Shown: positions 45,051 to 64,000 of the stretch, one piece after another
How the letters are laid out: each line of letters opens with the position of its first letter
How positions within the stretch are numbered: the first letter of the stretch is position 1
DNA from: the human T2T-CHM13v2.0 reference genome, Homo sapiens
NCBI RefSeq assembly: GCF_009914755.1
Contig: NC_060932.1
Length of the DNA stretch: 64,000 nucleotides
Reading direction: 5' to 3' (one strand)
The notes under the pieces: generated by a model
Database searches by the model: none
What the model was told of the DNA's origin: nothing
The model's input: the letters and a program-made list of their open reading frames with translations, nothing else
Position numbers and translations under genes: made by a program

Positions 45051-46266
45051 TTTGATTAAATAAGATAGATGGGCGTGAAGCTTGACAGAGTTTTATGTAG
45101 TAGACCTGTCTTGCCTTTCCCTAGCTGCAGAAAATATTGTCTTTTCTTTTTTACAAACTTGACTATCATCATTTAGAAATATAATGAATTGAAAACTGGT
45201 ATATCCAAAATAGTGTACTTTTACTGATTATGTTTTTCATAGCTATTTGAACAACACTTTTAAGCCACATGTAGATTTCAAAGTCTCTAAATTTTTTCAT
45301 TAGATCATTATATCAGAGAACATAGTATTTACAAAAAACATGTAGCTGTTTTGGTTAGTGGCGACTGGAAATATTGCTTGACGGTGGTTTAATAGTGCCC
45401 ATACTGCTTGGAAATATTAGCATTTATTAGATAGATTCATTTTCAAATGGTAATAATAGTACTCATATAGTACTAATATTTTTCATCGGTAGGTTTTTAA
45501 ATTTTGACCGTGAGGCTTTTGTGCAAACCTTTGCTATTCATGGTTTCAAGTAATTTTAAAATTTGGTCTGTATTTTAAGCTAATTATTTAGATTCCTAGA
45601 GCTATACAGTAATATTAGGTAACCATTTTCTTCTAATAATTACTAATGTACAGAAGAAAAGCAAGAAGTCCAAATAAGTACAAAGTTAATTAATATACAT
45701 GTTTTAAAAAATACAATAAGTAATTCATTTTTATAAAACAATTCTGAAACATATATAGTAAAGAGTTAAATACTTACCACTTCCTTACCCATCATCATTT
45801 CCATTTTTCCCTCCTCAGAGGTACTCTCTCACAGGCTTACGTTTTTACACTTCTATAACTTTTTCTATGTGTGGGAAGATAAATACGTATTCAAATTTAG
45901 TACACTGTTTAAAAACATATTTGGATGATACCACACATATGTTTGAGTTTTTTCACTTCGTAAGATACCAAAAATATGCCTTTAGTCATACCTGTAATTG
46001 TACCTCATCCTTAACTGGTTTAATTATACTCTTTATTGCAAATATTTCCAAATTAGCTGTTTCTTTTTTGATGGACAGATAAATTGTTTAGCATTTTCTT
46101 TCCTCTTGTCTTCTCTCCTTTCCTTTCTTTCTTTTTTGCTGTTACAGAAATTACCACTGATGCTGAATATCTTTTATAAATTGTTTGCATGCACCCTCAC
46201 AACTTTTACTATTTCCATAGCATATTCTTAGAAATCGGATTATTTTATAGAAAAAGTATGTGTGAA

Positions 46267-46575
46267 TTTTTTTTTTTTTGAAACAGTCTCACTCTGTTGC
46301 CCAGGCTGGAATGCAGTGGGGCAAACTTGACTCACTGCAGCCTTGACCTCCTGAGCTTAAGCAATTCTCCTGCCTCAGCTACCTGAGTAGCTGGGATTAC
46401 AGGTGTGTGTCACAACATCTAGCTAATTTTTTTTTTTTTTTTTTGTATTTTTAGTAGAGAGGTGGTTTTACCATGTTAGCCAGGCTGGTTTCGAACTCCT
46501 GACCTACAGTGATCCACCCACTTCAGCCTCCCAAAGTGCTGGGATTATAGATGTGAGCCACCCACCATGGCCGGC
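46267..46575 (-). mobile_element. Alu (J/S) inserted in an old L1M remnant
   Basis: Antisense dimeric Alu with a long T linker. Confidence 0.9.
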
Positions 46576-46753
46576 ATGTTTAAATTTGTAGCAGATATAA
46601 ATTGCCCTCTGTTGCAGTTCCATTCTATAGAGCATACCTATTTTCCCCATATATAAAACATTCTCACAAGAGGCTTCAACAATGACAAATTTCATAGGTA
46701 TACAACTTAACTCTTTAACATGTTTCCAGTATAACAGATGAAAAGTATGTCTG

Positions 46754-52306
<5,553 letters not shown>

Positions 52307-52479
52307 AAAAGTATGTCTGATTGTTGGATATCTGATGAAAAGGATATCTGATATCTTAATTTTTATTTCTTTGTTAGCAATGTTGAGCATTTTAAAAATA
52401 AGTTACTAGCCAAATAACTTTTTTTCTGTAAATAATCTATTCTTATCTTGTCTATTTTTTTATAGTCGTTTATCTATTT

Positions 52480-53100
52480 GCCACCTTATATCTTTACTTG
52501 GATGTCTAATGGAAATCTCAGTTTAAGACATCCCAAACTAAGTTTCCTTTCTTCTCAAATGTGCTTTTCCTACAGCTCCATTCTTCCAGTCTCTCAGTCC
52601 TAATACCTTGGAATCATCTTTGCTTTCTCTTGTACTATACATCTAATCCATCAGTAAGTCTTATTGGTTATGTCTTTGAAATGGATACAGCATTTTACCA
52701 CTTCTTGCCACCTCGTTGCTTCTGCTGTCTCTTACAACCTGTCTTCCTTTTTCAACACTGGATACATGTAGTAAATGTTTTGCACAGTAGCCAGAGAAGT
52801 TCTTTCAAAACACATATTCAACAATGTCATGACTATATTCAGAATCTGTTATTCTGTCCCAGTTCCCTCAAGTAAAAACCATCTCCTTACTATGACCTAC
52901 ATGAGCCCTGTATGACCTGGTCCCTATATATAGCTCTAACCTCATGTCCTACTTTTCTCACCCTTGCTCACTCTGCTGAAGCCATCTTTGCCTCCATACT
53001 TTGCTTGAAAATCCCATGCATACCTTTAACTTCAGACATTCGTTGTTTTTGTTTCATCTGACTACTATAATGCTCTGCCCACTGAGATCTGCATGGATCT
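52480..53100 (+). mobile_element. L2 fragment
   Basis: TACTTGGATGTCTAATGGAAATCTCA, CCTTGGAATCATCTT..CTCT and GCACAGTAGCCAGAG motifs. Confidence 0.7.
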
Positions 53101-53722
53101 CTTCCAAACTGGTTTGCTTTAATAAACTTTATTTACAATTTCTGATATTGACAATGTCATAATATATGACAATATAACTATGAGAAAGAAAAAGTCCGTT
53201 CTTCATGCCCTTAAGGTATTTTAAATATGGTATCAATGCTCATATATTAACCAAGTTAGGGGGAGAGGGGAAGTATGAGTGGATATGGCAACTAGTCATA
53301 TATCACCACATTCTCATAGTAGTGATATGGTACTACTTATTTTGGAGAGCATCCTAGGTTCTTCAAACTTAATTTATTTAGGTCTGATTTATTTATTTTA
53401 TGCTACTTTATAAGTACCTAAAATACTACATATAAATTATGTATTTGAATTAACATAAGCTGTATTATATAAATGTATCCAGTTTTAAATGAAACTGTTT
53501 AGTTATAATACATTACTATAAATTACTCAATTGTTTAAAATAATTCCTGAAATCTTTCATTATGAAAACATGGTTGAAATCCTCTAATTTCTTTACTTGG
53601 AAGAACAAAATTTTAAATAATATAGGGAGTGGAATATTACATTTCATTTTATTAAGAAATCTTCCTTTTATGTAATCACATACCTCTTTTGGTTATCATC
53701 AAAATCCACCCCCCCCCCCAAC

Positions 53723-54024
<302 letters not shown>

Positions 54025-54543
54025 AAAATCACTTTTTAAAATTGAGAGATTTTATTGGTAAGTTTTTGTTATCAGGAACATTTACATATGGGAAGGATAA
54101 TTTTCTATCAATTTTGGATGAATCAAGTGCTTTTTAGTTGAATTTCTCTTTTTCTTCCAAGAAAAGATTTTATTGATGTATTGCCTTTATACTGAAAATT
54201 GGACAAGTTGTTAAGTTACTGCTTAATGAATTCTTACAAAGTGAATACTTGCATGTAATTAATAAATAGAACGTTACTATCACTTCACAAGTCTACCTTC
54301 TAGTCACTAATCCCTGACAAGGGTGAATGCTCTCCTGACTTCTAACAAATTAGGCCTGCTTATTTTTGAATACTTGCAAAAATCAGTTCTATAAGAGAAA
54401 ATGATGTAAAATGACAATTCATAATCTCATATAAAAATTATAATTTTAAGCAAGGAATGAAACAATCTTGAAAATACGTTTGGTATGTTCTGTGAAATTG
54501 TAAGTTATGTTTCTATTAAATAATTAGCTATTCTCGTACTCAG

Positions 54544-54671
54544 AATCCCGCCCATTGTCAGTTCCTGTTAAAGCCATGTTGAATATATCTGAAAGCTGTA
54601 GAAGTCCTGAAGAAAGAATGAAGGAATTTATTGGAATTGTTTGGAATGCAGTGAAGCATCTCACACTACAG
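54544..54671 (+). CDS. VPS13B: VPS13B internal coding exon (128 nt, phase 1 to 0; probably exon 22)
   Basis: Acceptor ttctcgtactcag|AA and donor CAG|gtaaaa. Translates (E)SRPLSVPVKAMLNISESCRSPEERMKEFIGIVWNAVKHLTLQ, in frame with the previous exon and recognised as VPS13B. Confidence 0.95.
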
Positions 54672-56806
54672 GTAAAATAAAAGTTAGAAATATTATGGAT
54701 ATAATTTCTATAATCCTTTTTAATTCCCAGCATTGTTAATATTGGTAAGACTTTTCTCACATGTAACAATTATGTATACCATCTCATTTTCTTAATTTAG
54801 TTGAAAATAATTGGTGTACTTCACTTATCCTAAACATAATTTTATGAAACTCATCTGAACTTCCTTATAGTTATAAAAATTTACACATTTTGACATGTTT
54901 CTTGACTTAAAAAATTTTAGTTCATTCTACTTTTTGTTTAAGCATTATTTTCACAATTTTAAATTCTTAGTGTTCATATAGATCCATTCTTATCTCAGAA
55001 CTGAGATAAAGTCTGAGTTGGAATTAAATTAACATGAAAGGGTTATCTAATTATTTTTTCTACATAATTATAAGTTAAATATGAAAATTATAATAGCTAT
55101 TTCCTTATTGTTATTTTCCTCTCATTGATTTTTACTTTAAAATGCACAATTTTATCTTATTGAATTACTTTCTTTCAAGATCATGTTTAACCTGACTAAA
55201 ATATACAATTAGATGCTTATTTGATAAGCTAACAGTTATAAATTTTAGTTTTTGCATAGGATTTTTTCTCTGTGATACCAGAGACATCCTTATAGAATTT
55301 TGTATGTACCAGAGTGTAATATCAAAGGCTTAAGTCAAAGCTTTTCACCTTGACTTAAGATATAAAAGTTGCAATAGAACCTTGTTCCCACCTTACTATG
55401 AGAACAAGGTTTTGTGATCTGCAAAATTACAGCTATATTAAGCCCATAGAGATCTGAGGTCTTAAATTGACATTACCATAACAGCAGGGTGCTAAAATCC
55501 AAAAAAGTGACAAGCAACTCACTTTTTGAAACTCAACAATCTCAGAAAACTCCAAGAAGAATATATAAAAAGGAAAACATAGCTAAGTACCTAGTAGTCA
55601 AACTACTGAAAACTTACGGAGAACGTTTTATTTTATTTTACTTTATTTAAAGTGGGAAGATCTTTATTTATCAATATTCTTGTTTACCTGAAGACTATAC
55701 TGGAAGAAGCTGAAATTATAAGTAAGGCAGACCTAGATATGTATTTCTTAGCAATGTAATATTGGAGAGTTTTTTCTTGTTTCTGTATCCACAAGTTGGA
55801 GATTATAATATCTTCTTCATGAAGAGGGTCGAAAATATAGAGTGATAAAGTATATAAAAGCAACTGACAAAATTTATTCATTTATTGATTCATTTTGCAA
55901 AAGTTACCATACTGTATTCAGAGAACATACTGAAGAAAACTAATGCAGTCCTGTCCTCATGAAGATCATAGTTTGGCAAGGAGAGATATTCATTAAATGA
56001 TTGTACTTAAAATAATTTGACTATAATGGTGATGATCCTGCTTCATGAACATACGTGTCAATTAAGCTAACCCTAGAAGAATCAGGAAACATTTGGGTAC
56101 TCAATAACACTTGTGTTTTCTTTCTCTATTCCATCTTTCTCTCCTGTAGCTGTAGCTTTTTTCTAAAGCAGCTGAAGGCTGCACTGCCCTTCAGCAGGCA
56201 GACAAGAAGTGATGGAGATAACACCCCTGGGATTATCTTCACCCACCATGGGAAATGATTCTGTGGCATTCCTTGTCTGTCAGTGTGTCCTCAGTAGAAT
56301 TAAGCTCCAGGTGTCCAGGGCTTACCAGCACACCCATTTTGGTTACTGTCCTTTTGAGAAAATTTTAGAAGTGGGTAGACAGTAAAGGCCTGTTATATAC
56401 AGATTAAAAACATTAAGAATGACTCCTTACATCTTATTAGAAACAATGGAGGCCAGAAGACAATAGAATAACACTTTTATGTGCTGAGGAAAATCAGCAC
56501 ATAACATAGAATTAACATAGAATTCTCTAGTCAGCAAAGTATTCATAAAAATGTTGGCCAATAAATACATAAAGACAGAACTTTTCTCTAATAGAAATTT
56601 ACTGCAAGATATTCTGATAGAAGTTATTTAGGCTGAAAGGAAATTATAACAGAATCTTGGTTTTTCAGAAAGTAATGAAGTATATCAGAAAGTATAAATA
56701 GTTGTAAAACAACTGAATATTGAAAAAAATAGTATTCAAGGAGAAAGCTTTAGTGTGTTTTAGTCTTTTGGCTGTTAGCTTCTTTCCTCTTCATTTTCCA
56801 GTTAAC

Positions 56807-57114
56807 TTTTTGTTTGTTTCTTTTTTGTTTTTGGACAGAATCTTACTCTGTCGCTCAGGCTGGAGTGCAGTGATGCGATCTCAACTCATTGCACCTTCGC
56901 CTCCCAGGTTCAAGCAATTCTTCTGCCTCAGCCTCCCCAGTAGCTGGAATTACAGGCGCCCACCACCACGCCCAGCTAATTATTTTGTATTTTTAGTAGA
57001 GATGGGGTTTCACCATGTTGGCCAGGCTGGTCTAGAATTTCTGACCTCAGGCGATCTGCCTGTCTTGTCCTCCCAAAATGCTGAGATTACAGGTGTGAGC
57101 CACTGCACTCGGCC
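56807..57114 (-). mobile_element. AluS
   Basis: Full-length antisense Alu; source of ORF 56720-57118. Confidence 0.94.
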
Positions 57115-57249
57115 CTAGTTAAATTTAACATTAAAAAATATATGACACTTAACAAAGTAAAGGAGTTTTGATTAAGATCAAAATTCAGCAGTTAAATGAA
57201 ATTTCAGTAATTTATTCAGAAAATATTTATGAAGTCCCTGGTCTGTCCT

Positions 57250-57518
57250 ACACTCCAGCCAGCCCTTAGTCCTACAGATGTGAGGAAATTGTCTCTGTGA
57301 GCAACTAGAGTGAGTTTGGAAGTGTATTCTTTCCCAGGTGAGCCTGTGGATGAAAACACAGATGGTCAACACTTTTATTGCGGCTTTTTGAGACCATAAT
57401 TCAAGTATTTAACTAAGCCATACCAAGATTATTGACCCACAGAAACTGCAACAAATGTCTGTTGTTTTAGGCTGTTACATTTGTGGTGATTTCTTATATA
57501 GCATAGAAAATTAATATA
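57250..57518 (+). mobile_element. MLT1 (D/E-like) LTR 3' half
   Basis: AGTGAGTTTGGAAGTGTATTCTTTCCCAG...GACCCACAGAAACTG...TGTTGTTTTAGGCTG...ATAGCATAGAAAATTAATA. Confidence 0.7.
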
Positions 57519-59733
57519 GACAGATACAGACACATTATGCATAGCTATAGTGTAGTCTGATTAATCACTATAAGAAATACATACCTGCCATAAAAACTTT
57601 TTAGAAATTCATCCAAAAATATCTCCAGTGCATAAAAATACTAGTTAATATAGGAGCCAATAATCTTGATTTTAGCATTCCTTTACATGTTTCTTTTCTG
57701 AGCATGCCTCTTATAAGAAAATTAAGAGAAGAATGGGGGGAAGAAAGTATGGCTTGTCGTTCTTGTGTAATTAACTCTTAGCTTGCAGAGTTATGACTCT
57801 TTTAGGGATATCAGCTATATTTCACCAGTCTCAGCTGTCATGATTCCTTGTAATGAATATCCTAATAACTCCTTGCATTGACTTACCTGTCCTTCTCCCT
57901 TAGAGGTACCCTTTGTACAGTGGTAACATCCAGCACTTAATTTTTGTTATATGTTGGGCTATATGCTGAGAAAAAAAAAGAGACATAATAGTTGTCATGG
58001 TCTAGCTGGGAAAAGGCTAAGTGCCATGGTATGGAGTATACTGTAGGGAGCCCCTTAGAAAACTTAACGATGAAAGAAGAGAAATGGGAATGTCAAGAGG
58101 AATGTTACTTATTGAAAGGATGCCTAGGGCATGTACTTCCTGGTTTGTGATGAATTTAGATATTATCCTAGGTAAGTATTTATTGCTTTGTAGAAGATCT
58201 AGTTGACACCATTGTGTGGTTTAGAATATGATAGCTACCAATAATATTTAGTTGTTTAAAGTTTACTATAGATCTAAATGTTATTTCATGATAATAGAAG
58301 TAGTTATATTAAAAATAACCTCATTCCCTCTTATCTAATGATTGAATAATGTGGTATAATTATCCTTTTATTGATATCATTTTGAGTAGTTCTGTAATAG
58401 GGAACATGAAAGATAGTATTGGATTACATGATTATTTGACAACTCTGGGAAAATATTCCAATTTAAGATTCCAAGTAATATCAGAAATCTTTGCACTATC
58501 GATAAACAAGTAGGTACATCAATATTCCACAATGTAGGATATACTGGAGAATGTCCTTCTCTGGCCAGGATTAAATAACAGGAATAAGATTTATTTCACT
58601 GCCTGAAATAACCAAAAAATTATTGAAATATATAACACAAAGATTTCAAACCACTAGGCAATAAGCCAAGTAGACAGTGATTCCTCAGAGACTTAAGATA
58701 AAATCAGCAGGACTTAGTAATTAATTGATTTGGGGAATCAAGGAACAGAGTCTAAGAGATCTTCTAGATTCTTGTTTTGGTGTTTGGGTGGTAGTGATGC
58801 TATTAAATGAAGTAGCTTTTCCAGGTTAGGGGCAAATAGGGATTTTGAATTTACACATGCATTTGAAATGTATGTGAGACATCCAGGTATGTATTAGATA
58901 TTTACATCTGGAGTTTAAAAAACAGGTTAAGAGAAGAGATATAATTTTAGGAGTTATCTGCAGATGGTTTTCAAACCAGGAGAATGGGTCATTCAAGAAA
59001 GTATGTACAGTTGAAAGAGCAATGGGCCAAGGGAATACCGTTTTAAAAGTTGTTAGTAGAAGAGAGAATGTCCTTGAAGAAAATTATGTTAGTGATCAGA
59101 AATGGAGGAGGAGAAACCAGAGAGTTCATGAAAGCAAAAAATGCTTAGAATTTTGAGGAGCTACTGGTCAGCAATGTCAAATTCTAGATGTTAACTATGT
59201 GCTTTACTTGCTTATTTGTAGTATAAAATGGATACATTAAATAATATTTAAGGTTACTTCCAACTCTAACATTATTGTATGATTCTTTTGCTTATTTTAT
59301 AATGTTGCAGTACCTTTTAGCTTCATCACTAACAAACTTAATCTTATATATCACTTTGAATTAATTGTAAGTTATGATAGTGATTTTCCTCATTTTTCCT
59401 TTTTTAATCTCTAATTATGGTAAAATACATATAACATAAAATTTACCTTCCTTACTATTTGGAATAAACTATATGGTTTATTTTGTGGTTCCTCAATTTG
59501 AGTAAGCTTATTGAGTATCAGTTAACATAATCATTGCAGTACCAAATAATACATCTTTATATAGGTTATCTTATATATGACCTAGGTACTTGGCTTGCCT
59601 CACCCTAGTCCTGGCCCTGTGTTAAACATACTATATATTTAAACATTTCCAGATGTTAATGTATCATCAACACTTTAAAAGATAAAATTAGATTCTCATT
59701 AAATGATTACAATTTAGACTGTGAAAATCTGAG

Positions 59734-60031
<298 letters not shown>

Positions 60032-60411
60032 TTTTATTTTTAAAAACGTTGTCCATTTTTTAAGATGTTTTATGAGCCAAAATATAAAACAGAAAACCCT
60101 GCAAGTTATCATCAGATAAAACAGGACATCATAACTTAAAGGTTTCGAATGATTATTCTTTTAGTGGAAGTTTGTGCAGGTAATTATGTTTGGAACCAGA
60201 ATTTCTGCAAAGTTGATGTTGGAGCCAAAGTTGGTATTTGCTAAACCCATATTATTTTTTACTTAGAATAGAAACATGTATATTACATAAAATCATTAAC
60301 AATATTTGCTGTAACCTATTTGTTTTTCAGTGTGGAAGAAGGAGTTTCCATACTTAATTATAATGGATTATTTTATAATATTCCATGTAGTCTTGGACAG
60401 TCTTTTTTTTA

Positions 60412-60750
<339 letters not shown>

Positions 60751-62019
60751 TATATAAACTTTGGGGGCCTTTTAACAATAGATTAGCATAAGTTCACCGG
60801 TTCTTTCCAAGTTTTCTATACCTGCTCATTAACAAAGATTCTATTAAAGCTATGTTTTTATTCCAGAAGCACATAATTGGCAATAGTATGTAGCTGATAA
60901 AATAGAAATGTGCTGGCTAGAATTTACTCCTTTCTAGGAGAACATTTCTCTGCTTATTGCCAGACTTAGCTTTTTTTTTGGTCATTTACATCGAAGTTCA
61001 TCTTGCTGTCCTATGACATGTACTAGCATTTTCTTTTCCTCTTTTTTTTTTTTTTTTTTTTTGTACTCTCTGAGTTTTTCTGAGTGGACTGAAGTCTTCT
61101 GAGTTTAATGGCATTTTTAATTTCAATACCAAGCATTCTGGTCTCTTTCTTTTGGTAATAATGCTGTTATTCCTTTAGGGAACTACTTCCCACATTCTGT
61201 GTTATTTTGATGAGAGTGTCAGTCAGGGTGTCTCAAGCAGCATGAGCCAGTTAAGCTGGGCCAGTTGAATTCTGTCTTCTAGGAAGTTAAATCTAGAGCA
61301 TGACTAGTGATGAAAAAAGTCATACTGCTTGATGTCCTGATGTCCAGTAAACTCCTTGGCCTTTATTTTCAGGATTAAATGGGAGTAGACATTTTAGGCC
61401 AGAGAGATCAACTATCAATCATGCTAATTATAAAAGTAAGATTTTATATTTAATCCTTACAAATTTTGCACACAGGCCCACATTCTTACTTATAGGCATT
61501 GAACAAGTGACAGCCATTGCATGGCAGTTAGGAGGAAGTCTGGAATTCAAATCTAGGAATTTTTAATGTCTTCTCTTGACAAGATTTTTATGGAAAAAGT
61601 GTGAAGATTTATAACACTTACTCTGGAAAGGATGACAACCAAGACAACCAACTGTAGGCTTTTAATCTATGGCCCCAAATCAGGGATATTTAAATTTCTA
61701 CTACATATGGTGATATCCAAAATATTTTCATGATGCACTGAAAATTTATCAAATAGGAAAACTGTGATTTGGGTGATAGTTTATATATTTGTTGTAGTGC
61801 AAATGGAATACTAATTTTAATGGCCCCTATATACAGAGATAGTGAAACCGTAAGCAACAGCATTTGAAAATAAATGCACTGTGAACAGGTTTTATAAATC
61901 TATGAGGCTAATAATATATGGGATCTCGCCTATAGGAGAGACTTGGTGTTGTTTGTTGACTATCTTTCTTTAGCAAACGTTTAGGTAACACTTACTGTGT
62001 TAAATATATATATCAATGC

Positions 62020-62110
62020 TATAATTTCCCCCATTAACAGATGAGGAAACTGAAGTCATGGAGAGATGAAATAGCTTGTCAAATATCCCACAGCTGTGTT
62101 GAATTCATCT
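62020..62110 (-). mobile_element. MIR fragment
   Basis: CCCCATTAACAGATGAGGAAACTGAAGTC core. Confidence 0.7.
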
Positions 62111-64000
62111 CATTAACAAATCAGTTTTATTAATCACCTTAGAGGTTGCCTCTGGAATGAAATGATGAACAACGTGCATGAAGCAATTATTTTCATTACC
62201 ATATCTGATGAAAATAATTGTTTAATTGTTTCTACTTGTTGAACAATTATTTATTGAGTACATAGTACATGCACCACTGCACAATGTACAGAAACTATAT
62301 AGTGTACAAAATAGGCAAATGTTTGACTTCATAAAGTTTATGTTCTCGTGAGAATTCTGTAAGGATATTAATACTTGAAAGTGATCTTGTTTTAAGCTTT
62401 TTTAGGGCTGGCACTATGTCTTTTGTCTCTGTATTCCTGACTTCCAGGTCAGTTCATGATAGATATTAGAGAGTACATGAATAAAGGAGAGAAAAAGTAA
62501 TGAAATGCAACATACAATGTTCCTTTATTTTTGTTTTTTATTTGAAACTCTTTCCTGAAGAGTAACATACACTTATATAGAGAACATTTGGTATTGTAGA
62601 AATTATGCAAAATATAATTATCACTACATTTTCAAGTTGTAAATAAAAATAAATATATTATTTGGGAATAGGAAATAGTTATGTTATTGAAAAGGGAAGA
62701 AAATGTGGCACAACATTTCAAAGCTTTTATCTATAAAGTGCTTTATATGATGGGCAGTGGCTAATTAAGATTTTCAGATTAATGGGTAAATAAAACCTAT
62801 CTTAGTCTCTTCTTTTTAGCTGAATTGGGATCACAATTATAGAGCACTAAAAGAGAAAAATCTAAGTTTCTCAAACCTCACATATAGGGCCAAGGACTTA
62901 CAGAGGCATATATCTTTCAAATAGCACGTAAACTAGAAACTTCAGGGAAAAATGCATTGCAGTCATTTCATTTATTAAAATAAGAATAACAAATAATTTT
63001 TACTTTATTGGTTTATCTTCAGTATATGATACTTAGATATGTAGCCCTTGACCTAGTAGGAATCAAAATAGAGGTGGTTCCACTTCAAGAATTTGTAATA
63101 ATCCCTTCACTTTAACACATGAATGTGTTCAGTATTGGCAAAAGAACACGTTGCTACCAAAACTGAAACAAGATCCTTGAAACAGAAAGGATGTTGCCAT
63201 GGAAAAATGAAGTAACACTCAGTGCAGCTGTGATGCATTCATGAATAGGATATTTTTTTAAAAGATCATTTGTGTTTGGTGTGGCTCAGAGGGTCCCAAC
63301 CAGATGGTTTCCATGAACATGATCTGACCCCCAGCTTGAGGACTTCTTACTGGCAGATTACTTCATTTTCTTTCCCTTGGATTGTCAGATCCTTACATTA
63401 ATTCAGAATTTACTGCTGCAGATTTATATTCAGTAATATAAATCACTCAACATTTTACATTAAAACCACAATTTTATACATACAGTTTAACAGTTATTTT
63501 AAAAGTGTAAAAAGATTTATGTGATAGCTTTAGTATATATAATAGATAAAACATAATAATTTTGAGTAATTTTAATTATATGATTCTTATCATTAAAGGA
63601 ACTCTCACAACATATATTTTAGAAAGTTTATTTTAGAGTTGTTATGTATCTGATGCTACTATACTGTTGATTCTGTTTATGTTGCTCACATTGTTTACAC
63701 TTGATGAAATAATTGATTTTTAAATTAGTGAAATTAATGTTTTTGATTTTGGAAATTTTGGCATGATTTGAATTTTTTCCTAAGGATATGTATGCATGTG
63801 GTTGTGTATGGTAGCATACTAAACTAATTACCTCACAATATTGAAAGCATTTTTCAAGGTAGTATCAATACCTACATGAAGTGTTAAATACTGACACTTC
63901 ATATTTTGACCTTTTAACCTGAATTAATAAAGGCTATGCTCTTAATGTGCCATTTTAAATTGTGCAACTGAAAATTACTAATGAATTATGTTAAATATTT

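Noticed and set aside
63050-63450. Possible further VPS13B exon in the non-repetitive end of the window
   Set aside because: No frame continues the protein after HLTLQ with convincing splice sites; the next exon appears to lie beyond the window.

Overview
Human or great-ape genomic DNA from inside VPS13B (COH1, the Cohen syndrome gene), transcribed on the + strand. Only three coding exons are present: 7212-7321, 14563-14710 and 54544-54671 (exons 20-22 by recalled RefSeq numbering). They splice in frame to ...GAVLLCSIQG...RHMQQ/QPVVAVPLVM...KTKTVT/ESRPLSVPVK...KHLTLQ. The rest is AT-rich intron full of transposable elements: 17 Alus plus fragments, a full-length antisense L1PA7-like element, a 5'-inverted L1PA4-like element containing a nested L1PA2-like copy, several solo LTRs (MER11, MER74-like, LTR47, MSTA, MLT1), DNA-transposon MITEs (MER1B, Tigger3a, Tigger2a) and old L1M/L2/MIR debris. 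Nearly all ORF-track entries are repeat-derived or chance. I see no new multi-gene system. The most notable structures are: (1) a ~1.55-kb L1/L1 inverted repeat with a 260-nt loop, about 2.3 kb upstream of exon 22; (2) an ERVL solo LTR inserted exactly into the exon 21 splice donor, with the donor bases GTATG as its target-site duplication; (3) a candidate in-frame 18-nt microexon (EEKALE) at 23123-23140; (4) exon pairs whose back-splicing would give stop-free circular ORFs. Repeat subfamily names come from recalled consensus sequences and need RepeatMasker/Dfam confirmation.
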